In this document: positions 17,634 to 27,212 of the stretch, piece after piece | Layout: each line of letters begins with the position of its first letter | How positions within the stretch are numbered: position 1 is the stretch's first letter | Virus record (IMG/VR): IMGVR_UViG_3300033066_000386 | Span: 25,758 to 89,757 of that record | DNA length: 64,000 bases | Source: a virus | Taxonomy: Duplodnaviria; Caudoviricetes | Direction: 5' to 3' (one strand) | Notes under the pieces: generated by a model | Told to the model about the DNA's origin: nothing | What the model saw: only the letters and a program-made list of their open reading frames with translations | Databases searched by the model: none | Program-made: the position numbers and the translations under genes

Positions 17634-20062
17634 TACTTGATCTCCTGATTTTTGAGAAGAGAGCCGTCCAAAACCCCTAGCACGAACGAGCAATATTCAG
17701 GGTCTCGTTTGGCGAATCCCGATGGGTCTTTGTAAAGAAGCTCTACTCCCATAGAGAGTATCTCCGTCGCTGGAGCTTCAATCAGACCTGGTACACCGTA
17801 ATCTTTGCCGACGTAATAAGCTCTGATTTCGGCCTTCTTGTCGTTTGGATCGTCTGAAAACGCTTTGGCAAAATCATCTTTAGAGCCAATTTCGTTTTCA
17901 GAATATCCTCCACCAAACTTTTTCTTGAGAGATGTGGGTTCTTCGTCTTTTATGCGGTACTTCAGGAATTCCATACAGGCATCGTGTGCCCCCGGCATAT
18001 TGAACTCCACCCCATGAGACATTTCGTGGACAAATATATCAGTACCATCTTCTGGAGTGCAGTACACAGACTTAATTCCGTCCTTGTAATAAGCTCTGCC
18101 GTCGAACTCTGCGAATCTAATTTGAGGCATGTCCTTACCGCCAAGCCCTTTGGCCAGTACGTTGCTGAGGAACTCGTGTGCCTTGTTTGCTTTCTCCTTG
18201 TAGACCGGGCTAACAACGGTCTGACTAAACTTGATCGGTATCTTGGCTGGGTTATCAACCTTCAAGGTTTTTATCAACGCATCATGGTTGTCAGAATCCT
18301 GAGCCCTACTAGCCTTGACAGTCTCATCGTACAAGTTCTGAGACATTGAGGTAATCTCGTTAAGAATCTTCACACGCTTTGGATGACCGAACTTCAACTT
18401 ATCCGCTTCGGCCTTGGCACTAGATATTTTGTTCTTCAACTCCTCAATCTTTTTCTTTATGGCTTGCTTGCCGCTGCTAATTGACTCCAAGGATTTCAAC
18501 TTCTTCTTCAAAGACTCATTGCCAGCAATGCGCTCACCTATCGGGATAGGTTTGGCAAAAGCGTCTCGGATGTCTTCTTTTGTTATGTCATCAAATTGCG
18601 TAACATGGGGTTTTATGTCAGCAACTTCTCCCGTAGAACTGTAACTTCTGGTACTCAGCTTGCCCATCGATACCAGCTTATTGACGGCACGTTTCGCATC
18701 TTCAGCCGATATGCCTTTGGGCATTTTGGCAAGCAAGTCGTCCAGGGAGGTTTCTTTACCCTTTAAGTCGAATACCTCTGGATTAGGTAAGTCGTCGATT
18801 ATTGGTTCCGGTTCTACCTTCGGTTCAGGGTTTGGAGTTGGCTGCACCGGATCGGGCTTAACTTCAGGTTCCGGCTCTTCCTTGCCTTTCATCAACGTCA
18901 GTGCACCTTGAGCAATGGCATCCGCCCTCTTGGCCTTGGCGGGGTTGCCCTTAATGCTCAATCCCAGCTCGGCCTGAATCTTCTTGAGTTCTGGGATGGT
19001 GTGGCCGGATATTAGCCCTAGCAGCTTCTCCGGTGTGCCTTGGCCGGACTCCACCAAGTCCCTAATTTCCTTTACCGATTGCTCTACGGGCTTCTTGGCT
19101 GGCTTTTTGGACGCTGGCTTCTTTTTGCCCTCACCGAGAGCATTGCAGGGAACTCTCTTGCCATTCTGATAGCAGATGTTGTATCCGCGTGCATCGGTCT
19201 TCTTGCCGGTGAATCCGCCCTTGACCACGGTCTTGACTTGCTTGTAAATGGGGCTGGACCCTAATCCTTCGTCCTCCTCTTCGGGTGGAGCGTAGGGGGA
19301 GACGTCGTGTGCCCTTTTTAGGAATTTCTCGGATGCCTTCACGGTCGCTATACGAAAGTCGTCGTTTGCCGTCATCTTCATGTTGCGGACGGCATCGTTA
19401 AGGGCTTTCTCCAAATCCTTTGGGTCATCATCATTGGTAGTTGTGCGGGTGATGATGTAGTCGTCGAGAGCGTCTTTCACGATTTGGCACTTATCGACGA
19501 AATCGGAATATGCTTGATTCACCGATTCTTTAAACTCCTCTTCCGCCTCTCCAAACTCGGCATCGAAGCTTTCTATTTCCTCATCGCCATAAACGTCCTC
19601 TTCGGGCCGGAAGGATTCAATGAGGTGTTCCGTAACGTTCTCGACCATCGTGTTAGCGTAGAACTCGGCTTCTTCCGTGGCTTTCTGAACCAAGTCATTG
19701 GCGTCTGATTGGATGCTGGCTATGGCACTAGAGTCAAACGTTCCTTCATCATCGTCTACGGCATTCTCAACCTCACCCATGAGGTCCGCCAATCCATCCA
19801 CGCAATCAAACCCAGTTTGCTCAATTCCTTCGGCAGCTTTGTCGATTGACTTGGTTGCCGCTTCCGTTAGATGATCGCCCTGCGAGTTCTCCCCAACGAC
19901 GTGTTCGGAATCACTCTTGTCGTCATCTGGCTTGGCGGACTCCCCACCCTGACCGCTGGGCTTGCAATGGCCCTTGTCGTCCCTATCGCATTCCTCAAAA
20001 AAGGAACCCTTTTGGACGTACTTTTTGTCCCGGTAAATGGGGCTGGTCCAGAGCATTGTCAT
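17633..20062 (-). CDS. 809-aa putative internal head protein with C-terminal HExxH metallopeptidase-like domain
   Basis: CDRDDKGHCKP N-terminal motif, very acidic region, Pro/Glu linker, DIFVHEMSHGVE and TEILSMGVE zincin-like motifs. Confidence 0.6.
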   Translation of the reverse strand: MTMLWTSPIYRDKKYVQKGSFFEECDRDDKGHCKPSGQGGESAKPDDDKSDSEHVVGENSQGDHLTEAATKSIDKAAEGIEQTGFDCVDGLADLMGEVENAVDDDEGTFDSSAIASIQSDANDLVQKATEEAEFYANTMVENVTEHLIESFRPEEDVYGDEEIESFDAEFGEAEEEFKESVNQAYSDFVDKCQIVKDALDDYIITRTTTNDDDPKDLEKALNDAVRNMKMTANDDFRIATVKASEKFLKRAHDVSPYAPPEEEDEGLGSSPIYKQVKTVVKGGFTGKKTDARGYNICYQNGKRVPCNALGEGKKKPASKKPAKKPVEQSVKEIRDLVESGQGTPEKLLGLISGHTIPELKKIQAELGLSIKGNPAKAKRADAIAQGALTLMKGKEEPEPEVKPDPVQPTPNPEPKVEPEPIIDDLPNPEVFDLKGKETSLDDLLAKMPKGISAEDAKRAVNKLVSMGKLSTRSYSSTGEVADIKPHVTQFDDITKEDIRDAFAKPIPIGERIAGNESLKKKLKSLESISSGKQAIKKKIEELKNKISSAKAEADKLKFGHPKRVKILNEITSMSQNLYDETVKASRAQDSDNHDALIKTLKVDNPAKIPIKFSQTVVSPVYKEKANKAHEFLSNVLAKGLGGKDMPQIRFAEFDGRAYYKDGIKSVYCTPEDGTDIFVHEMSHGVEFNMPGAHDACMEFLKYRIKDEEPTSLKKKFGGGYSENEIGSKDDFAKAFSDDPNDKKAEIRAYYVGKDYGVPGLIEAPATEILSMGVELLYKDPSGFAKRDPEYCSFVLGVLDGSLLKNQEIK

Positions 20063-20089
20063 TCTCCAAACTGAGTTGTACTCGCGCGA

Positions 20090-20314
20090 CTAGATACCGT
20101 CGAAGGCTAAAGCATCCTCTTCCGTCAAGTCCTCGTTGGTCCAATCCGGTGCGGTGGGTTGCTCGGCAAAGGCTTTATCGGCCTTGTCTAGCGCCTCTTG
20201 GCGGCTATGGGTCTCGTCGAGTGCCACGGCGAGCAACGCCATATACCAATCGGCATTGTCCCCGGCCTTCTGGACCCTAGCGCACACCTCTCGTGCATAT
20301 TCTTTGCTTGTCAT
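20090..20314 (-). CDS. hypothetical protein
   Basis: 74-aa ORF overlapping portal stop (ATGA). Confidence 0.55.
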   Translation of the reverse strand: MTSKEYAREVCARVQKAGDNADWYMALLAVALDETHSRQEALDKADKAFAEQPTAPDWTNEDLTEEDALAFDGI

Positions 20315-23300
20315 TTCTTGACCTTCTTTTTAGCGGGTTTACGTGCCGTCTTCCTTGATTTCTTGGGTTCTTCCTTCTTACCGGAGATCATCTTCTTGGC
20401 CGCTCGGATCGTTGCCATTGGGTTCCTTACCGTACTGTAGGCGATGTAGCCCAATGAGCAGGCTGGAATCCATGTCCCCACCTTAGCTGCGGCTACGTTG
20501 CCTCCCGTAGCGAGCAAGATGGCCGGGGCTTGGATCGTCCAGCCAACGGCTAGATCGGCGATTCCAACGGCCTTGCCAACCATCTTAGCATGCTCCTCGC
20601 CTAGCCCACGCTCAATGGCCACGGTCTCGGCCATCTCACGGGATTTGTTATAGCCGGTCATGAGCTTGTGTTCAACGAATCTTACCGCTCCGTAGGTTTT
20701 GACTAGCGCGGTTTGAACCGATTCGGGCAGCACGCTTCCACCGATCTCCCCAATGGTCAACATCGTTTCCTTCACATCGCTAAACTTCTCCGCTGCCGCC
20801 TTGAAGTTATCGACGATGGCCGTCTTGACCTTGGAGGAGCTGCCTGCACTCGTCTCCGTCGTCTTGGCCCCACCCTCTCCCGATAGGGGCGTGCATCCAG
20901 TCAAGTCTGCCCGCTCACCTGGCTTGCACGAACCTTCCGATTTAGTTTTTTGAGAAGACATGCTTGGTTCCCGCAAGATACCAATACCTTTCCCACCCTG
21001 ACTTGATTCTCGTACTTCTGGTAATCCCATGTGTTGTAGTCGCCCATCGACTGTGCGTGTGCCGCCACCACCGCTTGATAGGGTGTTAGAAGGTATTCCC
21101 TTTCTTTTAGCGTTGCTAGGTCGATTACTTTTACCAACATTGTTTCTCTCCCTCAATTTCTTGGACCAATCTTCGATCACGTTGAAAATCTCTGGGCTAT
21201 ACGATTTTAACTCATCTGGGGCCGTCACGTATGCCGCCGCTGCTTCCATGAGATTTTCTAGCTTACCGGCAATCCCCCCGTATACAGAGACGCTTTTTTT
21301 CAGCCCGGAGAGCTTTTCAGCATAGGATTTAGCTAAATCAGGATCGCTGCTGTAGGCGTGGTGAGCTACCTCATGGGCGGCAAAGTGCATTCCTTGGGTT
21401 ACGTTAGGTGATTTGAATAGGAATGCCGCTGGTGAATCTTTGTGTGCGTTTACCACGAACACTCCATCATGAGATGCGTCTCCACCGATGCCAAAGGAGG
21501 ATTTGCGCGAACCAAACTTCAGCTTTGGCATACCGATCCCAAACGTCTCCGCTGTTTTTTCGGCTGATTTTTTCGCGGACGCCACCAATTCCTCTCCACC
21601 ATCTTTCGGAACCCAAGCAGATATCTTTGAGTCTTCTGGGGGATTTTCTCGAATATTTTTGTCAACATCCTGAACCCACTTGGCTATATCGTCCTTCGTG
21701 CCAGACACCACTCCTTCGCTGCCGTCCCTACCCGTGTAGAACATATACCCGTCAATAAGTTGATACGATTGCACGGCTGGCGGAAATGAGTAGTCTGAAT
21801 CTACCGGTTCTACTTCGTATTTCCCCCCATTGACCATTACCGAACTACCAACTTTGGGTAGTTTCTGAATGTCCTTTCCTAGGGCTAAGTGAACTGCCTT
21901 ACCGCCGCTGCCGTTGATTGGGGTACATCCGGTGAGGTCCGCGCGTTCCCCAGGCTTGCATGATCCGCCATCGGCCTTACGGACGGCATACTTGGCAATG
22001 TACTTGAGGGAATTGCTGACCTTGAACGATTTGGTTTGGGTTGCACGTTGCAGGTGTTCCAAGTCGTCCAATAGTTCTGGACGAAGATTGTGGTTGTCGA
22101 AGTCCTTGGGTGATACCCACGCAACCACCTCAAATACGTCACCGTCCGGGTTCGTGTCCAATCGGCGGTTGACGATATCGACCGTATCCTCTGCCGCCAC
22201 TTGGTAGACGAATCCTTCGTACTTCCCATTCGTGCCACGCCAGTTATCGACAATCTTCCCATCCGGTAATTCGATACCCGTTTCCTCAAACCACTCTCGC
22301 TTGGCAGATTCAAGTGGATCGCCGTTGCCCTCAATCTTGCCTCCAGGGAATTCCCATGTGCCGCCCCGATGATCGTCGATATGGCGTTGGAGCATCAACA
22401 CCCTACCGGTATCCCTAGCGATGACTGCCAGCCCCGATGCAACCACGCTCTTGCGAACCAAGTTGTTTTTCTTGAGGTAGGCGTTGAGTTCCTTTTCCGT
22501 TGAGAATTCAATCGACTTATCGTACTTGTTGGGGAACACCTGTTGCCATTCCGGTCCTGGCTTGCCGCCCTCGTTTTGAACGATGACCCGCTGTTCATCT
22601 CCGGTCCACTTGGAAGCTTGGCTCTTGATGGCTAACTCAGTTTCTACGCCACCATCGAACCAATCCATGAAGTCAACGATGGCCAGTTTAGGAGGGCCTT
22701 GATTGACCCAAACGTAAAGCCCTTCCTTGTGTTCTTCGGGAAGAGCGTCTAGGTAGTTGCTGAGGTCTCCTACTGCTGCATCTGCCGTCGATTTAACAAT
22801 CGTCTTGGCGTCCTTGATCTTTTGATTTAGGCGATTCATTTCGATTATGTGTGCCCAACCTAGCAATTCGTTATCAGTCTTGCATACCGACTTGGCAGCA
22901 TTCCATTCCTTTGTATGGCTGATCGTCTTGAACCATTCATCCCAATGCTTGACCGATTTCGTAGGTTCTCCATTTGGTTCCTCTACTCCGGCGTCCATAT
23001 CCAGTGGCTTGGATTCGATGGCTAGCGGGTTGTCCGGTGCGGATTCTTCCCCACCTTCGGGCAGCTCCAAGGGTCCACCCTCCATAGCTTGCTGCTCGGC
23101 CTGTTCGGGTTGGGTGAACGGCTTGAGCAAATCGGCCAAGTCCTGTTGATCTTCTCCCGTGTTGAGTGGTAGCGGGACCATACCGCCTGGACCCGAAACC
23201 AATGGATCATCCCCACCATGCTCGTACCTAGGCCGACCTCTTAACGCGCGGACTTCGTTCGGAGTCACTGAATGGCATTGCATGTCGGTCGCCAAATCCG

Positions 23301-25659
23301 CGTTAACTTGGGCTGGATCGGCTGGAGTGCAATTGCCGGTGATGTGAACCTTGCCCCCACGCCGAACAACAAACTTCCCTGTCGGTACTTCAACGCACCA
23401 TACAAGCCCGCTATAGGGAATCGTGGAACGATGTTCCGGCTCCACCACGGCGTGCATTCTGGCACACAAGTTGACGGAGTAAATGTCGGAATGCCCTTTC
23501 TTGACCCCTACCTTTTTTACGATTGCCGCCGCTATACCGCACTTGATGGCAATTTCTTGAACATCGTCCGCGAGTTGTTTGCTGATCGTGAAGTATTTTG
23601 AATTCCACACTCCGGTGTTTTTGTTGATCTTGGGTTTGATGCCATCTCCAGCAATGAGGGCGTCTAACAATATGCGTAGGTATTCCGCTGGCCACGCCTT
23701 GACGTAGCTGGGGATTCGCATGTTTACCGACCCCTTGCCGCAATGCTCCTCAAGATGTTCGTACATGCCACGGTTGTTGCAAACAAATTGCATGGCCTTT
23801 TCGGTCTTTTGCCGCTTCTTCCAATTGCCCGGCATCCTGTCAATGCAAGCTTCCATCTTTGGGTAGCTAAGATTGTCGTTGTTTTGACTGATGTAAATCA
23901 GCCACGATCCGCCATATGGCTTGTTTCTTTGCAAGCATCCTTCGCTCAAGTAATAACCCATAAACTCTAGCCATAGCTTTGGCTCCATTTGCATCGGGTT
24001 GAGTAGGGTTTGTTGGTGTCCTCCACCATACTCTTTGACGGTTATATTGGTTGGGGTCTCGCATGCCGCTGGAGCAGCTTTGAGAATGTGATACGTGAGG
24101 CTTTCGGCCAAATCTTCGGCTAGCCGGAAACCCCATTGAGGAATTGCTCGACCCGATTTCGGCCTATCCTGCACCCACACGCGATGCCTAGGCGTCATTG
24201 CCACATTGATGCGACCACTTTCCCAGACATGGAGAACCCCTTCGTGTTGACGGCGGATGATTCGCTTCGGCTGGTGGTAAGAAAGCGTGTTTGTCACTTC
24301 GTCATAACAGGCGATTTCCGTACCGTAGGTGATGTCTTCTTGACGCTTCCACCCATCGGACGTTAGGCATTCTGTTTCTAGGTCCAAGCAGTCATCCCAC
24401 CACAATTTCGCCCTTTTTCCAGGTTGCGACCAGCGCGAAGCTAGATGTTTAGTCAACGTTTGACCGCGCATTTGTAAGCGAGGGTTAATACATTGGCTGC
24501 ACATGGATGCCAAAGTCGCCAACACGCTCCCAAACGTAAGGCCATCTGATATGCCTACGGCAGCCTTAGGAACTTGGAACAGCGACAAGATCATATCCCT
24601 AATTTGTTCCTCTGAGGAAAAATACGCCATCTCGGTAGGGGAAAAGCTTAACGGCGTGATCTTGGCTCCTGGCGGGGTGATGACGGGTTTGCCGTAGTTG
24701 CCCTCGCCCTGCATCCTGGACATGAACTTCGATTCGATACGGGCAATCATGTTGTCGTCAGGGTCTTCATAGCCTTGGGCTAGTTCCAGCCAAAACTCAG
24801 GGCGGGCTTGATTGATGAACTGTGCCCATCGTGAACGGCTGATGCTCTCTTCCGTATCAATCCATTGGCTACCCGCCGTTAGCTTGCTCCATCCGCCGAT
24901 CTTGTTCTGAGGACTCTTCCACCGCTCCATGATGATTTCATTGGGTGGGAACTTGAGTAGTCCCGATGCACCCGCTCCACCCCACGGACGCACTTCGTAA
25001 TATTCGATCAACTCCCCGGCATGGGGATGATCCGCGCTGACGTGCAATCCCCCACCCGTCCGTGGCCATACCCAGTGCGTGGGGATCACCCATAGCTCAC
25101 AGGGGGTTCCGTTGAGGGAATTGGGGACTGCCCAGATATAGCTGACTCCGCATAGCTCTTGGAACATCTGGCTTTCGTAGAGGATGTCAAAGGTGGTATC
25201 GACTGGGTTGGGGTTCTCTAGCAATCGGCGTAGAGGGTGATCGTTGCCCATCGGCTCAAGGTCGTCATGAGGCTTGATGACACTGAGGGCCTTGCTCCTC
25301 CACTCCCCCATCGTCAAATAGGAATGGCCTGCCCAATCCATCGTGCAACTACCGCCAAACCCCCTGCCCTTGGAGTTGAGCAGCCCTCGGTGCATCCCCT
25401 TCACGGTTAACCCCGGCTTCTCGGCGTCCACCACGTAGGCCAAATTCGGGAATAGGCCACCCATGCGGCAACATATGGCATTGACCGCCACGTAAGTCCA
25501 ATTGCGGAAGTGGGCCACCTGCTCGGCAACGTTCTGATCCCACCCATACGATGTGGTACGGTTGGGGAATAGGCTGGATATGACGCGCTCCCCAGGCGTG
25601 GCAACTTTTTGTATCGAATTGAATCGCTTGAGCTGGGGGAGGTACTTGGCACTTCTCAT
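20311..25659 (-). CDS. portal protein polyprotein (HK97-like portal + intein + NUDIX + HExxH + C-terminal hydrophobic/basic domain)
   Basis: LLENPNP...LCGVSYIW...ELWVIP...SEEQIRDMILSLFQVP...VTPNEVRALRG portal motifs; WEFPGGKIE...REWFEETG; HEVAH; 1782 aa with no stop. Confidence 0.85.
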   Translation of the reverse strand: MRSAKYLPQLKRFNSIQKVATPGERVISSLFPNRTTSYGWDQNVAEQVAHFRNWTYVAVNAICCRMGGLFPNLAYVVDAEKPGLTVKGMHRGLLNSKGRGFGGSCTMDWAGHSYLTMGEWRSKALSVIKPHDDLEPMGNDHPLRRLLENPNPVDTTFDILYESQMFQELCGVSYIWAVPNSLNGTPCELWVIPTHWVWPRTGGGLHVSADHPHAGELIEYYEVRPWGGAGASGLLKFPPNEIIMERWKSPQNKIGGWSKLTAGSQWIDTEESISRSRWAQFINQARPEFWLELAQGYEDPDDNMIARIESKFMSRMQGEGNYGKPVITPPGAKITPLSFSPTEMAYFSSEEQIRDMILSLFQVPKAAVGISDGLTFGSVLATLASMCSQCINPRLQMRGQTLTKHLASRWSQPGKRAKLWWDDCLDLETECLTSDGWKRQEDITYGTEIACYDEVTNTLSYHQPKRIIRRQHEGVLHVWESGRINVAMTPRHRVWVQDRPKSGRAIPQWGFRLAEDLAESLTYHILKAAPAACETPTNITVKEYGGGHQQTLLNPMQMEPKLWLEFMGYYLSEGCLQRNKPYGGSWLIYISQNNDNLSYPKMEACIDRMPGNWKKRQKTEKAMQFVCNNRGMYEHLEEHCGKGSVNMRIPSYVKAWPAEYLRILLDALIAGDGIKPKINKNTGVWNSKYFTISKQLADDVQEIAIKCGIAAAIVKKVGVKKGHSDIYSVNLCARMHAVVEPEHRSTIPYSGLVWCVEVPTGKFVVRRGGKVHITGNCTPADPAQVNADLATDMQCHSVTPNEVRALRGRPRYEHGGDDPLVSGPGGMVPLPLNTGEDQQDLADLLKPFTQPEQAEQQAMEGGPLELPEGGEESAPDNPLAIESKPLDMDAGVEEPNGEPTKSVKHWDEWFKTISHTKEWNAAKSVCKTDNELLGWAHIIEMNRLNQKIKDAKTIVKSTADAAVGDLSNYLDALPEEHKEGLYVWVNQGPPKLAIVDFMDWFDGGVETELAIKSQASKWTGDEQRVIVQNEGGKPGPEWQQVFPNKYDKSIEFSTEKELNAYLKKNNLVRKSVVASGLAVIARDTGRVLMLQRHIDDHRGGTWEFPGGKIEGNGDPLESAKREWFEETGIELPDGKIVDNWRGTNGKYEGFVYQVAAEDTVDIVNRRLDTNPDGDVFEVVAWVSPKDFDNHNLRPELLDDLEHLQRATQTKSFKVSNSLKYIAKYAVRKADGGSCKPGERADLTGCTPINGSGGKAVHLALGKDIQKLPKVGSSVMVNGGKYEVEPVDSDYSFPPAVQSYQLIDGYMFYTGRDGSEGVVSGTKDDIAKWVQDVDKNIRENPPEDSKISAWVPKDGGEELVASAKKSAEKTAETFGIGMPKLKFGSRKSSFGIGGDASHDGVFVVNAHKDSPAAFLFKSPNVTQGMHFAAHEVAHHAYSSDPDLAKSYAEKLSGLKKSVSVYGGIAGKLENLMEAAAAYVTAPDELKSYSPEIFNVIEDWSKKLRERNNVGKSNRPSNAKRKGIPSNTLSSGGGGTRTVDGRLQHMGLPEVRESSQGGKGIGILREPSMSSQKTKSEGSCKPGERADLTGCTPLSGEGGAKTTETSAGSSSKVKTAIVDNFKAAAEKFSDVKETMLTIGEIGGSVLPESVQTALVKTYGAVRFVEHKLMTGYNKSREMAETVAIERGLGEEHAKMVGKAVGIADLAVGWTIQAPAILLATGGNVAAAKVGTWIPACSLGYIAYSTVRNPMATIRAAKKMISGKKEEPKKSRKTARKPAKKKVKK
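20901..21140 (-). CDS. nested out-of-frame gene inside the portal ORF (phage hypothetical protein)
   Basis: 79-aa ORF with SD GAGGGAG; protein-like sequence YLLTPYQAVVAAHAQSMGDYNTWDY while the portal frame here is S/R/G/P-rich. Confidence 0.5.
   Translation of the reverse strand: MLVKVIDLATLKEREYLLTPYQAVVAAHAQSMGDYNTWDYQKYENQVRVGKVLVSCGNQACLLKKLNRKVRASQVSGQT
23332..24390 (-). mobile_element. intein with LAGLIDADG homing endonuclease in portal
   Basis: WWDD|CLDLETECLT...TPRHR...GYYLSEG...ALIAGDG...WCVEV...GKVHITGN|CTPAD; 353 aa; +1 Cys. Confidence 0.9.
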
Positions 25660-25789
25660 ATCTTCTATCCTTTTGGGAAGTCAATTTCCGAATTATTGTA
25701 ACTACCCACTCGGCAAAGGGATAGCCCACTTTTTGGCCATGTATAGTCGCGCGACTAAAAACTATTTTCAACTTTTTCTAAAATCCCCC

Positions 25790-25818
25790 TTGCACTTATC
25801 CGATTCTAAGTGTATATT
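25790..25818 (+). promoter_or_regulatory. sigma70-type promoter P2
   Basis: TTGCAC-N17-TATATT preceded by aaaactattttc tract. Confidence 0.72.
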
Positions 25819-25861
25819 GAGTGTGTAGGGATAACCGAACACGAAATGAAAGGGTAGAACA

Positions 25862-26122
25862 ATGGCAGCTATCATGGAAATCAGGATTGAAGGCGAAGTG
25901 AAGGGCGTAAGCTGTGCAGTTGCTCATTTCAGCATTGACGGCAAGGAATACCTAATCACCGGAACGAAGTCTTTTGTTTCTGTGTACGCTGGGCGTTGGA
26001 TCAATGACCGTCGTGGGCTTGGCAAGACGTTTTGGAACGTCGCTGAAATTTCCAAGCACTACAAGAAGAACGCGGATATCTTGACCGAATACGCCAACCG
26101 CGTAATGAACATGGCAAGCTAA
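25862..26122 (+). CDS. hypothetical protein (island 2)
   Basis: 86-aa ORF right after P2. Confidence 0.6.
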   Translation: MAAIMEIRIEGEVKGVSCAVAHFSIDGKEYLITGTKSFVSVYAGRWINDRRGLGKTFWNVAEISKHYKKNADILTEYANRVMNMAS

Positions 26123-26194
26123 CTGCTTTTCTCATCGGGTCGGTCATCAATGGGACCGACCCCAACTTGGTTTCCATTTTCAACGGAGAATAAC

Positions 26195-26446
26195 ATGAAA
26201 TGCTCGCACTGGGCCGACGATAGCCGCACGGAACGAACGGAAAGCGGTCGCATTGTCGTTATTGAAGATTCGCAACGATGTACCAACGCCGCAACAGTTT
26301 GGCTCCATGCCCCGGACGGTCGCAAAGTACCCGGTTGCTGGTATTGCCAACAGCACGCCAATGCAATCGTTACCGAATACCGTGAAAAACTTAACGAAGT
26401 CTGGACCGCGCGGAAGATTGACAATCTTGGGGGCCTTATCAAATGA
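26195..26446 (+). CDS. hypothetical Cys-containing protein (island 2)
   Basis: SD ggag, ATG 26195; C...C...CWYC pattern. Confidence 0.55.
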   Translation: MKCSHWADDSRTERTESGRIVVIEDSQRCTNAATVWLHAPDGRKVPGCWYCQQHANAIVTEYREKLNEVWTARKIDNLGGLIK

Positions 26447-26952
26447 CAACCGAAACCAAACATTCCGCGATGTTCTACTTCGACCTTGCCGTTGGCCTGA
26501 TGCGTCAGCATGGGCTGGAATCGTGGGCCTTCGTGTTCGACAATGCCAAGCGTAGGGCAGGGGTATGCCGGTATCGATGCAAGGTCATCTCGCTATCCCG
26601 CCACTACGTCCGGCTCAATGCCGACAACTACGAGGACATACGCGACACCATCCTCCACGAGATTGCCCATGCCCTTGCCGGTCACAAAGCCGGGCATGGT
26701 CCGGCATGGAAAGCGGTATGCCGTCGCATCGGGGCCAAACCGGAGCGATGCTACGATCCGAGCAAGGTAGTCATGCCCAAGGGTTCCTTGCAAGCCACTT
26801 GCGGTGGATGCCTCAAGGTGTTCACCCGTCACAAGGCTGTACGCAAGGGTTCGTGGCGGTATTGCGTCAAGTGCGGCAAGGACAAGGGTCGATTGACCTT
26901 CGCCAAACGTGTAGAGTCGCGCGAGTACAAACCCTCATCACTGTTTCAATGA
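26443..26952 (+). CDS. SprT-like zinc metalloprotease domain protein
   Basis: NAKRRAGVC...DTILHEIAHAL...GHGPAWK...C-terminal CGGC/CVKC. Confidence 0.88.
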   Translation: MTTETKHSAMFYFDLAVGLMRQHGLESWAFVFDNAKRRAGVCRYRCKVISLSRHYVRLNADNYEDIRDTILHEIAHALAGHKAGHGPAWKAVCRRIGAKPERCYDPSKVVMPKGSLQATCGGCLKVFTRHKAVRKGSWRYCVKCGKDKGRLTFAKRVESREYKPSSLFQ

Positions 26953-26961
26953 GGAACCGAC

Positions 26962-27180
26962 ATGAAAGCCAAACCAACGAAATCTACCGCCAAGAAGAAG
27001 CGGCCTAGCGGATATGCCCAAGCCAAAGCTTCCGGCAAGGTGGTGGTGATGCTCCAGCTCACTCCCGATCAAGCCGCCGTCATCGACCTTGCCGCTACCC
27101 TTGAGGGCAGGTCACGAACCAACTACATCGCCCATCACGCTTACCTAACCGCTTCCCAACACAAGGAGAAGACGACGTAG
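26962..27180 (+). CDS. ribbon-helix-helix-like DNA-binding protein (paralog of 14594..14794)
   Basis: VVMLQLTPDQAAVIDLAATLEGRSRTNY. Confidence 0.6.
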   Translation: MKAKPTKSTAKKKRPSGYAQAKASGKVVVMLQLTPDQAAVIDLAATLEGRSRTNYIAHHAYLTASQHKEKTT

Positions 27181-27212
27181 AAAACTATTTTCCACTTTTT
27201 CTAAAAATCGTG

